From Chiloscyllium plagiosum (taxonomy: Eukaryota), in NCBI RefSeq assembly GCF_004010195.1, contig NC_057718.1, positions 26,539,688 through 26,603,687 of the forward strand: a stretch of 64,000 nt of DNA, read 5' to 3'. Positions 12,481 through 27,605 of this stretch are shown one piece after another (the first letter of the stretch is position 1; each line of letters starts with the position of its first letter). A program made the translations under genes and the position numbers. The notes below the pieces were generated by a model that saw only the letters and a program-made list of their open reading frames with translations, was not told the DNA's origin and did not search any database.

Positions 12481-13849
12481 TATTGCTGACCCAAGTAAAC
12501 AAAGAGTGCCCACTTAAGAGCTTTGTATTGCCATTGCTGGTGTTAACCCAGCTACTGAAGTGTAGGGCTTGGAGGGCATTGGCTGTACAGGGAGCAGGAC
12601 AAGCAATTTCTGCTGTGTTTGCCCATGGGCTCCTGGGGGAGGGGTGATCCTTGATCCAAAGATACTCAGTGCCTGCATGAGGGAGCTGGCATTAGAAATG
12701 GTGGAATGGGGGTTGGGGTGGGCTGGATGCTGATAGCCATCTGATGGTGCTGCAGAGCAGAAGTGTTGCCAGCATCTAATTGGCCAGCGGTTCTCAATGT
12801 GTGAAACTTCAGCACTGTGATCATGGAAGAAGGCCACGTGCTCATCTGTTAAGTACCTGAGTGGCTCAAGATACAGTTGACCCTCTGGTAAAGAAGCAAC
12901 ATAGCAATTTCATTGGCTATGCAGACGCTGGCTAATACCCCATTGCATGCATAACACTCTCCTCATTGCACCATTTAGAGAATAGAAGGCAGCTATTTAA
13001 CCCACAAGTGTGTGTTGACTCTCCAGAAAGCAATCCAATCAATTCTATTCTCCTACTCTATCCCCTGAAAGTTTAGATCCATCAAGGACCTTGCCAATGT
13101 CCTCTTGCGGTTTGTAATTGTTTCCACTTCCTCCAGCCTCATAGTCAGCAAGCTCTTGATCAGTGCAGTTAGATGTGCAAAAGTTTTTCTCCTCACGTTA
13201 ACCCTCTCAATCTTGTCTAAAACTTTAAATCTGTGTCCCCTGGCTCTTATGCTTGCAGCTAACTGCGAACAATGTTTTAAATTTTGTGAGAACAATGTGT
13301 GACAATTGAACAAGCAACTCGATTCAAAATGCTGGAATCATTACCAAACCTTGTTATGCTCTATGGGATACCAGACGGACTTCTATCAAAGTGAGATTGG
13401 AAACATCAAGCTCCATTGTTCATGGGCCCATTAGGTGGCATTGACAAGAGAAATGGCTGCTATTAAAAACACCAAATTAAGCATGAAAAAAGACATTGAA
13501 TCCTCTTCGTTATTTTCAAAGGTTCATACTGTGGCACTTTGAGTCCCATTTCCTCAGGGAACATTGAGCTAAATTGGATAAATTTCAGTATACTATATAT
13601 CATGTTGAAATGACCTTTGCTTTACTAAGAAAGTAGCATTTACGGAAACAATTCTAAGAAAGCTGAAGTTTGAAATTGTTGTAACAGCGAAGAGGACAAT
13701 GTGACTGTAACTGACCTATTGACTTCCCAAGGAGTAGAGTAGTCAGCTATATCAGGGTTTCGAATTTTATGTTTCTGGAACTAAGCAAGCACTAACACAA
13801 ACAATAAGAGCTGCATTAGTTGACTTTTTTGTGTCACAGGTACATGTAC

Positions 13850-14890
13850 AATGTCTTTAATTCCCCTACAGCAATGTTACCTCTGGAATCTTCTAAGGAT
13901 CCATTGTTGGTCACCTCCTACTTCTAATCTAGATGCTGTCCTTCAGCTACAACATCCTGAAGGATAATATCAGATTCCACATGACAGTAAACAACTTTAC
14001 CTTATCACCACATCTCCTGACCCTCCAGAATCTCTGATTTCTCACAATGATTTTTAATATCCAAGTTTGAATGAGGTAAAATATTCTTCAACCAAATACT
14101 GAAAAGACTGAAACCAATGCTTTTAGTACCTTGCACTAATTCAGTTACCCAGTCATCCATTCCAACCCTCTCTCTGGCTAGTGTTTGAGACAGAATCAAA
14201 CTCTTTGCAACCTTGATGTTTTAGTTGACCTTAAGATGACATTCGGATCCCATATCGGATAAGAGACTGCCTATCTCCTATCTATGACACCATGAATCTC
14301 TAACCCACTTCAGTCACTCTCTGCCTGGCTGAATTCCCATTTACCACTCTCTGTAAACTCAAACCAATCCAAAACGCTGCTGTCCATATCCTAATTTGTT
14401 CCATGTCCTATTCACCATCACCCCTATGCTTGCAGACTCACATTGGTGCTCAGTCAAGTAATGCCTTAACTTTAAAACCATCATTGTTCTTTTTCTACAT
14501 GTAACTAGTGACTACAAATCATTGGCTGTACTGTACTTTGAGGTGTCTGTTGCTCGTCAAAAACACAATATCAAATACGTGGCCAGACCTCTTCCTGTCC
14601 TTTTGCTTTTCGCCAGTCCTCTCCATTCCTCCAATGCTGGCCTCTTGCACAACATTAGTCAGTCTACTTTTGGTGACTGTGCCTTCAGTTGCCTTGGCCC
14701 TACTCTCTAGAATTCTCTTCCCATATGTCTCAGCTTTTCTTGTACTCTTCCTTCCTTCAAAATGCTCCTTAAAACTTAACTCTGTTTTTGGCCAGCTATC
14801 CTGACATCTCTTTTTACAGTTCAGTGTCAATTTTGCTTGGAACACTCTTGTGAAGCACCATGGGATGTTTAAATGTATAACATGCTGGAT
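13850..14890 (+). mobile_element. Old L2-like LINE fragment
   Basis: degenerate RT C-terminal region (aatccaaaacgctgctg..., ttcaccatcacccctatgcttgc...cattgg). Confidence 0.55.
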
Positions 14891-16217
14891 TTTGAATCAT
14901 AGGATGGAATTTAATGTAGGCCACAGGGGTTTTGCTTGCTGATTGTAGAACCTATGTTACCTCTTTTTGTAAAAGCCCACAGCATTAGTGCCAATTAGGC
15001 AATCAACTGGGTAACAGGAGGCTTCCCCATGAACAAGGATCCTGAGGGCAGACTTATGACTCTATGACTCCTGTCCTCTGAGATGCTGACTCCTCTTCAT
15101 TATTTGGTAGCGCTATCAGGAGGTGGTGGCTGCTACCAGTATTATACACATCTCAGGATCCCCTGATCGACTCTGATGCAGGTTAATAATAGGGAAACGG
15201 GTATCTTGGGAGCAGGGTGTCAACAATAAGGCAGGTGGGGTAACTCTGAGAGGTCTGCCCCTCAGTCAGGAACTGAATGCCTTGAATGAGGGGCCTCCTG
15301 GGAACCCAACAAGGTTTATCAGGCTTCCTGAAATATTAAGTCTTCTGCTTGTCTGCTGAATGCCAGCGATAGTGGGATGAACCCCTCAAGTGGACTTTAA
15401 CTAGCAGGTTGGCAAGGCTATTCACAAGCCTTCCTGTTCTGAAGCAAATTGGGGCATACATGTGAAACTGGTAGGATCTCCTCCTGCCAACTTTCTGCCA
15501 ATTAAGTGGCTCACTTGCTACCAAGCTTACGATGGGGGAGAACAGTAAATTCTGCCAGAGTCACAGATTGAAAAACACAGACATAACAGAGGCACAGAGA
15601 TGAAAGGAGGAGTATTTGTGCTTCTCTTATCTTCTATTATGACTTAATGCATTGGGGAACGATGTCATTCCAAAGCAGGTCTTTCAGTTTTCACAAGCAT
15701 ACATCTCAAAGTGTCTAATTCTGTATTGACGCACTTGGTAACAGCTTTTCGTTCATCAGTTTCTTTCATCTGTCATTTAAGAATCACAGTCCTTGGAAAA
15801 ATGTGCAATAATGATCCATCACGTGAAAATGCCAAATATTTGAAAAGTATAGGCAAAAACTCATGGAACTATTCAATGATGCTATTGAGAAAGAATAAGT
15901 TATGAATATTAATTTGGTGTCAGTACAGTCAAAATAATTCTGAAAGTATTACTAAGGTCCTTTTTCACCTTCTCCAACTTGGAAAAGCTGTAATATAAAA
16001 GTGACCTCACATAAGACAGATTGAGCTAAGAAACTGAATGCTCCTTAAAAAATGTAAACAATCAGTCTTTGGTCTGCAATGATTTTGTTGATCACAACTG
16101 GGGCACTGACCAGAGGCTGGTCATTGGTCTGAAATTCTACAGACCTGAGAACACTCCCAAGCTAACATATTAACCAGTTGAAGAAAGTTGACAAAACTGA
16201 TGTAAGGAACAACAGAA

Positions 16218-16339
16218 GAAGGGCTTATGCCTGAAACGTCGATTCTCCTTCTCCTTGGATGCTGCCTGACCTGCTGCGCTTTTCCAGCAACACATTTTTA
16301 AGCTCTGATCTCCAGCATCTGCAGTCCTAACTTTCTCCT
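16218..16339 (+). mobile_element. Short PLE terminal-repeat insertion
   Basis: gaagggcttatgcctgaaacgtcg...ccagcatctgcagtcc; aacagaa duplicated at 16211 and 16340. Confidence 0.8.
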
Positions 16340-19267
16340 AACAGAATTAACATGCCCATTATCAATACCTAATAAACTAATGCAGTCCATCAGAAGGAGT
16401 GAATTTGAGGAGTATTCGCTTGTCTGGCAGTAATCTGTTAACTTAAAACACTGGGGCACAGTTGGCTGTGGACTAGGTGCATATGGGTGGGATTGGTGTA
16501 GTTTCGTTATTGTTGACTAGTATAGATATGGTGGGCCAACGGGCCTGTTTCTATGCTGTATGACTCTATGTCTCTAAATTACAAACTATTCTCACTTTAG
16601 AAGGGGAAGATCCTACTTGATCAATTTTCTTGAATTTTTTTTGAGAAATATCATACCAAGGAGGTAAGCAAAACTTATGACAGAATTTTCCTATGGGCTT
16701 TGAGACCCTCAGCATCCTAACCCAATGGGGGTCTGGAGCCTGCATTTGTTGAGAGCTAAACCAGGAGTGGTAATTTTATTGGAAAGTGCCTCCTCATTGC
16801 TTTCCTATGTGTTGTCCGCTCTGTTAAACTCAGTGGATAGGTCCCCAATGCTCCTGGCACAACACAACTGTAGAATCCTCAGCAGCATCAAGAGACATGG
16901 ACACTGCTGAGACAGGCCTGACACTGGAAGTAAAAATCCAAAGTGGCAAGCAGGTAAATCCCTTAAGTTGGACAGGAAAGCCTCCTCTCTGTCCTCTTCA
17001 CTATTAAGAAATTAACTAGTGGAGAAAGCTGTCCACTAACATTACTAAAGGTTACAAAGGTGAAAATTGATGGCTGATCTGCCTATCCTTGTAGATTGAC
17101 TGAGGAATGCTCAGAAAAGTGGTATTTTATCATTTCGCAGAATTTAGAGACTCTTTTACTGAAGTCACAACAAAAAAGCAGGAGAATTTTGATAGAAATG
17201 CATCTCCAATATTTTCTTCCTCGAGTAATGTGAAGTAAAAATGTAAATGACTGCGAAACACTCAGAATGTCCCGACGACATGTGAATACACATTCTTGTC
17301 ATTTATTGGAAGAAATTGAAAAAAAATTAGGAAGTGCTAATAGACTTCATGCTTGTATTTTGCTGAGCTCCGAATTTAGCTTTGATGCTCAAAACTTTAA
17401 CTGAACTCAGGCAAAATAAAATGTCTTGCTAAGGATTTTCTTACAGCCTTGATAAACGCTAATCTGGTTGAGATTTATATGGATAAGAAAATAAGTTAGC
17501 AGATCTGAGGAAAAGAAGATTAATTCCTCAGATATCAACTCTTTGGTTTAGATTTGCAGCTGCAAATGTGGTTTAATTCCAAATGGTTGATGATGGGTTT
17601 TCGACAGGCTCAAATTGAAATGTGCTGTTTGCATTCAATTTTCTGACATCAGATTTGGCCAGCTGCAGCGTGCACGTGAGAAGTGGAATAAAACATTGCA
17701 TACAAGTGATATTTTGTTAGAAGGAATAGTAGCAGGGCAAAAATTCTGTTAGCCTTTGAAAAAGTGCAGAATATGCATGTACACAGCTTTAGGTAAGAGA
17801 GCAACCAAGTATATGATCACTTGTTTGGTGGTTAGTAAAATGAAGGTACTGCACAAGGTGCTACAGGAAAAGCATCTCGATGCAACGCTATTGCACCACA
17901 TCAAAACGTCAGAATTGTAACACATCGGAAAGAAGCCCTGACTCTGCCTTGTTGCACATTCCCTCCGTCCTTAACACAGGTCACTGTGCCTTCAATACCA
18001 AGATTCATCAATTTTTAATTCGCCCCCCCCAAAAAAAACACCTCTATTTCTCCACTTCTCACAATTCCATTAGGAAAGCCTACCAAATAAACCCCTTTGA
18101 TGAAGCCTTTGAACATCCTACCTTTTATCTCTTCCCATGGCTGTGCAAGTTAACTCTGATTGCACCACTTAGCATTTCCTTGAGACATTTTTCAACGTTA
18201 AAGAGCCTATCTAAATTCAGGACCCTGGTGATACTAATGATGTGCTGTCCTTATGCTGTTTCCTTTCAACATATGACACAATCGTATATTTGACTCTCTA
18301 ATGTGATCATTGCCAGCTTGGTGTGCCAGGCCATATGGATATTGTTGATGGCATCCTGTCAGGTGCAGCCACTGGTTGATGATCACTCGAGCATGCCTTT
18401 TTTCATGAAGCAGCTTTAATGTGTTTTGGTTGTTTATTGGAAAGCGTCAAGAATTCACATCTGTTATTCATGACAGCAGATCAGCCACTCATACTACCTT
18501 TGGACAGAGGAGACACCCCATTTACTCATGCACACTGTTAAGATCAGTTTGCAGGTGTATACAGACAATTCTTTGCACAGCCTGGCAATCTTTGTTGATC
18601 CTCCTTTTCCAAATATCCTGGAGAGGAAGATTGCCAGTGAAGAACCCCTTGTTGTCAGTAATGGTCCTGGCAGAAGAGGTGGTAGGGGGGATTTATAATT
18701 TATCAATTGGCACAAAGGCTTTTGAGAACCCAGTGATCAGCAAGAAAAATTTAAATGGTCACTATTTCTGTTTCCTTATCCTGACTTTCCATCTAGTCAC
18801 AACTGCGTCAGAATCATTCTATCCAAGAGTAGTCTTTTGACATCTAGCATTCTGAAATCCAGAACATTAAGAAATAGCATGTAGGAAGTCCCTTCCGACA
18901 ACTATTATTTGAATGAAGCAACTTTTTGATCAGAAAAGCATTTCCAAAACTGTTAGTTCTCAACCCCAGGGAACTACAGCCCAGTTTACAGTGAGGGAGC
19001 TCCCCCTTTCTCTTCCTCAGTATTGGATTATTGCAGTCAGAACAGCACCCTCCACAACTGGACACTGTAAATGTTTCTGTATTGAATATATCGGGTCCAA
19101 AAATCTCAGCCCCTTTGGCACACTCCAATCAATTCTATCAGGAGTGGCTTAAAACGACTAGAAATGAGTGTGCTCCTTGGATATTATGAGTCTTGTGACC
19201 TTATAGGATTCCTATCAGTTTTGTGAAAATAAACAATTCCTCACAAGACTAGCTACATAAAAGATAG

Positions 19268-19549
<282 letters not shown>

Positions 19550-20164
19550 TAATAATCTTGATTGTTGAATTTGTGTTTTTTTAAACAAGGCATGATATTG
19601 TTTATATTTATTGGCACTACTGCTTTAAGCTGGTCAAACAAAAATACAAGAAATTATTAGGATTTACCACATTCCACTTTCACCTCATGATAAAATCAGT
19701 CAAGGATGGTTCAGAAGAAAATCTCTTTAATAGATGTAATAAGTGGATGTGGTTGCACTATTTCATATTATTGCAGTCACATGTTTATTTTTACAATGGT
19801 TTGGTTGTTGCTAAAACAGGATGAAACAAACAATGATTACTGAAAAGTTCGCTTTAACAAATTAGAAATTACCTCAATCTGATGAAAAAGTTGCTTTGAG
19901 AAAAAGTCTATTTTCCTGATAACATTTGTCAATCCCCAAAGCCATGCAGGATTGTTGTCAATTTGTAACATCAGCAGTCCATGAAAGTCATTTGGGCTGC
20001 TTGGAGGTTCATGGTGCAGATAAACTTACATCAGCTCTGCTGTGTGTAAGCTAAATCAAATCAGATAGTAACAAGCTTAAAACCAAAAATAGACAGCCTA
20101 GTACCTTTCACTTGCAGCGAACTATAGGTACATTTGCACTTCTAATAGTTTAAAGGAAGGCATA

Positions 20165-20470
20165 TTTTAGTGTCACTCAACTGGTAATACGGAACCCTGA
20201 ACTAATTTTCTGGGGACATTGGCTCAAATGCTGAAATTTGATTTCAATAAAAATCTGGAATTTAAAAATAAAGCCAGCTTAATGGGGACTGTGTTAGCAC
20301 TGTCGATTATAATAAAAAATCAATCTGGTTCACTAACATCCTTTAGGGAAGGAAATCTGCCATCCTTACCTTATCTGACCTACATGTGACTCCAGACCCA
20401 CAACAATATGGTTGACTCTTAATTGGGCAATTAGTAATCAGCAATAGATGATAGCTAAGCCACTAATGCC
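20165..20470 (+). mobile_element. SINE-like interspersed repeat; second copy on - strand at ~57510-57820
   Basis: ctacatgtgactccag... matches the reverse complement of 57570-57610; a further fragment at ~23320-23360. Confidence 0.6.
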
Positions 20471-21187
20471 ATGAAAAATGATAAAGTAATTCTGAATAAC
20501 TAATTCTGCATGTTGACACATAAAGCTATACTTTACACACATTTCTTCCCAAAAGGGGCCTGCTCCTAATTCATAAGTACATGTACAGCCTTATGTAGAT
20601 GAGAAATTGGATAAGTACTATCAAACTGTAGCAGCCGCAATCATACAGCATTTTATCCTTTTGTAATTCTTGTCCCTTTGATGAGAGTATGCAAGAAAAA
20701 TGTTTTCAAACTTGAGGTTGACAGGTTGTAAAGGCAGAAAGAGAAATCCATAACAGTGAAATATCACACATCCTCTTGTACAGTAAACAGTTATCCAATT
20801 CAAATATTAATTTACATGAACTTTTCTTTATCACTTCCTACTATAAGACCACCAGTCATGTTTCTCGTCCTGTGTGGGTCCTCGGTGTTGCTTCATTCAC
20901 CGTGTGAATGCTGATTCTAATCTCTTACAGAATCCTAGAACCTGATCCTCTTCCTTCATAAGTTTCCAACATCACAATCCATTATACCAGACCTCTCCCA
21001 AAGACAGTCAGTGATCTGCTCCTGTCCCCAGTGTGTTCCAGATGCTGCTCCTTTCTGGAAAGGACCACCTGAGTCAATTCCCTTTCCAAGTGAGTCCCAA
21101 GTACTGTTCCCCTTTGCAGATGAATCCCTGAATCTACTCCCCTCATCCAGTGACTCCTTCTTGCTACTCCTTTCACTGAATCAGTTC

Positions 21188-21731
21188 TTAGAACATAGAA
21201 CAATACAGCGCAGAACAGACCCTTCGGCCCTCGATGTTGCGCCGACCTGTGAACTATTCTCAGCTCATCCCCCTATACTATCCCAAAATCATCCATGTGC
21301 TTATCTAAGGATTGTTTAAATCTCCCGAATGTGGCTGAGTTAACTACCTTAGTAGGTAGGGCATTCCATGCCCTTACCACTCTCTGCGTAAAGAACTTGC
21401 CTCTGACATCTGTCTTAAATCTATCACCCCTCAATTTGTAGTTATGCCCTCTCATACACGCTGACGTCATCATCCTAGGAAAAACTCTTTCACTGTCTAC
21501 CCTATCTAATCCTCTGATCATCTTGAATGTCTCTATCAAATTCCCCCTTAGCCTTCTTCTTTCCAATGAGAACAGACCCAAGTCTCTCAGCCTTTCCTCA
21601 TAAGACCTTCTCTCCAGACCAGGCAACATCCTGGTAAATCTCCTCTGCTCCTTTTCCAATGCTTCCACATCCTTCCTGTAATGGGGCGACCAAAGCTGTA
21701 CACAATATTCCAAGTGTGGCCACACCAGCGT
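21188..21731 (-). mobile_element. CR1 LINE 3' fragment
   Basis: ORF PHLEYCVQLWSP...FFTQRVVRAWNALP; tagaacatagaac tail. Confidence 0.92.
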
Positions 21732-23072
21732 TCATATTATTCTTATCCTTGAATGAGTCTCTGAATCTGCTTCTCTCCCTGAGTCAGTCCTTAATATTGC
21801 CGCTCTCTTTAGGTGAATTCCTGATGCTACATTTCTCTGTGAGTCAGTTCCTTGAGTTGTCCTTGATGCATATTTAATCCTTGAACCTCCCAATTGCTTC
21901 AAGTTATCCAGAAGAGAGATGGCATTACATGGTGATGCCTCAGCTGAAAATCCCTCCATGAATGGCAATCCCAACAATTATATTGTTGGAAGGTCAGCAT
22001 AGATCAAATGCTTAAATTCTGGACTGAAACTTAAAGTGTTGACTCAGGTGAGATTTTTGATAAATCAGACATACTGATAGAGCTTGGCAACATTCCAATT
22101 CAACCTCCTCCAGTGCTGTCTAAAACATGCAAATATTTCATTACAACACAGGCATCTGCCCAAATAGACTAATACACTAATACCATACAATTTAATCCCA
22201 AGCCAGTTTTCTTTCTTGACTTTGGCTTACTTTATTGATCGAATTTTTTATTTTCTTGTTTGAGTACATAATATATACATGCTGTAATGTAAAGAGTTGT
22301 GAAAAGTGAGATATTTCTAGGAATATAAATGCTGAGAAGTGTCCAGTTCCAATTAACCACTACAGTGGCAAGACATTCATTTTGAAGATCAAAGGAATGA
22401 CATGACCAAAGGTCAGATCTGTCAGATTAATATTATAATATTATACCCAGTTAGACAATAATAGGATGGACTTTGCATGATCCTGACATCATTTATTCTT
22501 TAATATACAATTTACATTTGCTCCACTCTGACACCTTTCACTCAGGTATACTCATACAATCTGTGGCTGACATTTTAATTGAGCCTTCAAGTAGAAATCT
22601 GAGATTTAAAACCCTCTCTCCATCCTTGTTCGAATTCTTCAACATTGTAATTTTGTATCAGCAATCGTGAGTGAATTAAATTTATATTTTCACTCTGTCA
22701 ATTATGTTACAATGAAGGCACTGACTGCTGTATAATTAAATATACAAATCTATGTTTAAATTTTAATCTATACTGACCCAGAGGATCTCAACCAGGATAC
22801 CAATTTGATCATTGATCTTAGCATCCTTTAACAATTAAAATATCATTCAAGACTCCTGCAATAAATTAGAATCTAGTGATCCCTACTCAAAGTGAATTTG
22901 TGGGTATCAGCTGAGCGTGGGCTCAAGCTTATCCCTATTCCACTCAAAAAATCACTTAGCAGCACTCAGTATGAAGAATCTTGTGTGATGCATTTTAGCA
23001 GTGCAGGCAATTGTTGTGACAGTGGAACTCTATTCCAACATTAGTCGGCTGTTCTGGAATGGATGTGAGTAG

Positions 23073-23222
<150 letters not shown>

Positions 23223-24430
23223 TAAATTTTAAAAATATAGTACTTTACTTTTTTTCTTTATTCTGCTTTGTGAAGTTCACCAGTAAGGCCAGCATAATTA
23301 TCTTACAACTGACTGAATTGCTCAGCCATTTCAGAGGGCAGTTAATAATGGTCGCATTGCTATCATTATTTTTAATAATCAGTAAATAATTGAAACTATA
23401 CAACCCAGTTTGAGCTTTAGAGTTGACTGTACACAGATAACCTTTGATAGCAAGAGTTCAATCTGTTTCCTCTTATTCCACAAATAAAAAATAGTCAGTT
23501 TTTAAAAATCTGAATATCATGGAAAATGAGCTTCAGCAATACTAGGCCATTATCAATTTCAAATAAAGAAAGTGAAGATGTGTGTTAATATTGCTGCCAT
23601 TGTTCTGATTACTTAAAAAATCTAAGAGAGGAACAGTTTATGGAAGTCAATTTTCTGAGCTATTGCATATGGTGTCAGGCCTGACCATAGTTTCCAAGTA
23701 AAGCTGTGTCGAAAGAAATAAATTAGTTGGCCTAGATGCACAGACTGACAATTATGTCTTATATTCTTGTTTTTATATATCATTGTAATTAAAAATAGCA
23801 AAATGTGTTCATCTCAGAAATATGGAAGTAGAGTTGGTTGCAGCAGAGGATTCTCATCACAAGTTGAGAAGTTGGGAGGCACATTACTGATACACAACAA
23901 TACTGCCACTGACAGGAGAGGCTGATTATCACATGATATGTTTATGTAAGAGTTTTCTATGATACTTTGAACAACAAAAGTAGTCAAAAACTGATTTCAA
24001 ATGTCACTGAAGGAACAATGGAATAAATTTAATGATACTCCCAGGAGCAGGAAATGAGGCACTTAATTGTGTGGGAGGTGAAGCGTCAACTTCTCAGCTG
24101 TGGATAAAAATTGGGAAGGTCGTCAATAGCAAATTAAAGACAAGTGTCGATAAGCTCTTTGTAATGCAACAACATGTCACGTTCAGCCATTAAAACACAT
24201 GCTAACCAAATTAAATTGCATCCCTTGATGCAGACATGACGTGCCGAAGGGCCTTTTCTGTACTGCGTGATTCTTTGGGTCTGTGATTGACTTGAGATTA
24301 AGTTGGCAGCAAATGGGAAAGATGTTCTCTCAGATTCATGACTGGTTAATGGTGCGATGTGGAGAGGAAGGCAGTTTTCCTGATGGATTTGGACAGAGCA
24401 CAAGCTGCCAGAGGGAAGAGCTGATGCATT

Positions 24431-24550
24431 CTTGATGAAGGGCTTTTGTCTGAAACATCAATTTTTCTGCTCCTCAGATGCTGCCTAACCTGCTGTGTTT
24501 TTCCAGCACCACTTTAACCTTGACTCTAATCTCCAGTATCTGCAGTACCC
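24431..24550 (+). mobile_element. Short PLE terminal-repeat insertion, degenerate
   Basis: ttgatgaagggcttttgtctgaaacatc...ccagtatctgcagt. Confidence 0.75.
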
Positions 24551-25767
24551 ACCACCGCATTGAACACTGCTATCATGTCTTGCCTTTTAGTGTAGACCAA
24601 AAGGAAATAAAGGAGGTGGATATGTTAGTGTACGATGATATGCTATTATCAGTGTCACACCTGCAGCATTTGTTGGCAACCATGTGGCAAAGACACTACA
24701 TGTGCTCCAACTAAGTGGCCATTCTTGAAGACTAAGGCAAGAAGTTCTTAGGTCAAGGCAGACTGAGGCTTGGCCATACTCATTCGAGTGGTTGAGTTGA
24801 TCAGAGTAAGGAGTTCACATCACTGCAGTTTGGGAATTGGACCACGGCCTGTTCTGCAGGTCCAGTGCAACCAGGAGAGAAATTAGAGGCAAGTTAGGCA
24901 TGGAACTGTACAGAGATCAATGAGGGTTATGGTTATTCTTCAGTTGGAATTGCCTTTCCAAGTCAGTTAGGCAGATAGGCCACAGTCTATCCAGGGAATC
25001 TGTTCATTGAAAGTCAAATAGGGGGTCATTAGGGTACAGTGCTCTGGTGGGAAACTGGGAAAGTTAATTTTGGAGATTGAAGGTAGCATGCTGGGATGCA
25101 GAGGGGACAATAATTGTGAAGTGAGGGACAACTCAACCTGTATGGGAGGGGAGATGATGACAGAGCATGGGAGGGCAAGGGATACAGTGGGAGGGAGATC
25201 ATTGATGGCCTCCACAGCCCTGACTTCGATGGGGCCTCAGGGCATAGCTATCTTTGTTATAACTAAGTTATATGTTTGTGGCTTGAGGGTAACTTGGGGA
25301 GGATAGCAGTTAAATAAAAGATTTGAGAAAGATCAAAGCTGATCAGTTTTACGGGGACAGCAATGCAGAAAATAACATGGCAGTTTGGTGAGGGGAACAC
25401 CTAGATGAGAGGCTGAGCAACTTGCCCCATGAAATGCTACCTATGTTTCATTCCATCTTTAATCCTGGGCGCAGTAACTAAAGCAATAGAATGTGGGTCC
25501 ATGCCAATACCCAACAGATACTGCCAGTACTACATCTGGGTCTACGTAGCAGCTGCCAGCCTATCCATGGTGAAAGCCAGAGGAATGCATGTCAGAGGCA
25601 GCATCATTGTGGTTAGCATTGATGGGCACCTGATGCAGCTGATGCCTGCAGGCGCCGAGAGAGAATGAGTTAAGATTAATTGGTAGGAGTTTGGGCACAT
25701 TAAGGATACATTTGCAGTAATGATAATGGGAAAGCAGCATGGCACTTAGAAAGTCAGAAAGTCGTAG

Positions 25768-25925
25768 AATCATACAGCACAGCAACAGACCCTTTGTTCC
25801 AACCAGTCCATGCCAAACTTAATCCCAAACTAAACTAATCCCACCTGCCTGCAGTTGGCCCATATCCCTCCACACATTTCTTATTCAGGTACTTATCTAA
25901 ATGTCTTTTAAACATTGTGACTGTA
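25768..25925 (-). mobile_element. CR1/HER1 3' end
   Basis: FKRHLDKYLNKKCVEGYGP peptide and tail. Confidence 0.8.
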
Positions 25926-25939
25926 AAAGCAAGAAAACA

Positions 25940-27605
25940 CATGCAACATGCCTCAATGACGACCGCCCGTGGCTCGGACCTGAAGTGCTTCAAGAGGATG
26001 GTCATGGCCCACATTAACTCTATCCTCCCAGCCTGCCTCGAGCGCCTGCAGTTTGCCTCCTGATGAAACAGGTCCACAGCAGAAGCCATTTCCCTCGCCC
26101 TATGTTCATCCCTGGAACATCTAGATAATAAAAATACCTATGTCAGGCTCCTACTTATCGACTACAGCTCTGCCTTCAATACTTTAATCCCAACCAAACT
26201 AACCTCAAAGCTCTGAGATCTAGGTCTCAGCTCCAACCTCTGCAACCGGATCCTCAGCTTCCCAACCCACAGACCACAATCAGTAAAGATGGACAACAGA
26301 ACATCCCCCACAATAATCCTCAACACTGCAGCCCCGCAAGGATGTATTCTCAGCCCCTTAATAATTCCTGATAAAGGGCCTTGGCCCAAAACGTCGATTC
26401 TCCTGTTCCTTGGATGCTGCTTGACCTGCTGTGCTTTTCTAATGTTGTCCCTAATGTACTCCCTGTACACTCACGACCTTGTTGCCAAATTTTGTATGAA
26501 TACCATCTACAAGTTTGCTGACATATTAAAATAATGATGAGTCAGAATATGGGAAGGAAATAGAATGCTTGGTGTCATGGTGCAATGATAACAAGCTCTA
26601 TCTCAATGTCGGTAAAACAAAAGAACTGGTCATTGACTTCAGGAAGAAAGGACAAGGGCATATCCCCATTTCCATCAATGCAGCTGAGATGGAGAGGGTT
26701 GAGAATGTCAAGTTCTTAGGAGTAACAATAACCAGCAATCTGTCCTGGATCTCTCATGTAGCTGTGATGGTCAAGAAAGCACAACAATGCCTCTTCTTCC
26801 TCAGGAAGCTAAGGAAATTTGGCATGTCCATAAGGATCCCCAGCAACTTTTACAGACGCACCATAGAAAGCATTCTATCCAGGTGCGTCACGGCTTGGCA
26901 CAGTAACTGCTCTGCCCAGGATCATAAGAAACCACAGAAAATTATGAACGCAGCCCAGTCCATCTCCCATCCATTGACTCCATCTACACTTTTCGTACCA
27001 TGGATTCCTCCCACCCCGGCAGAAAATACAGAAGCTTTAAACACACTTTGAGAACAGCTTCTTCCCTGCTGTTACTAGACTGCTGAATGGACCTCTCTAA
27101 TTTCAAATCCAATGTTGATCTTGCTTTGTACACCTCCTGTGCAGCTGTAACCTTGTATTCCTCAATCTGTCTAAGCACCCTGTGAGTTATCTGTCCTAGT
27201 TCATAGAATCCTTATAATGTGTAAGCAGGCCATTCAACCCATCGAGTCCACACTGACCTCTGAAAAGGGTCCCATCTAGACCCAGTCCCCCCCCCCCACC
27301 ACCACCACCACTCTATCGCTTTAACCCTGCATTTCCCATAACCAATCCACCTGACCTGCATATCTTTGTGACTGGGAGGAAACCAGAGTACCCAGAGGAA
27401 ACCCATGCAGACACGGGGAGAATATACAAACTCCACAAGGACAGTCGCCCAAGGCTGGTATCAAACCATGTCCCTGGTGCTGTGAGGCAGCAGTGCTAAC
27501 CACTGAGCCACCGGGCCATCCTTGCATACTATAATCTCCATACACTGCTCACAAAACAAACCTTTTCACTGTACTTCGGTGCATGTGACAACAATAAATC
27601 AAACC
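25940..27605 (+). mobile_element. Rex1/Babar-type LINE fragment, interrupted by a PLE piece (~26363-26440) and a SINE
   Basis: [55 protein letters not shown]; aataaa near the 3' end. Confidence 0.85.
27202..27518 (-). mobile_element. HE1-type SINE
   Basis: same head/tail as 12156-12480. Confidence 0.85.
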
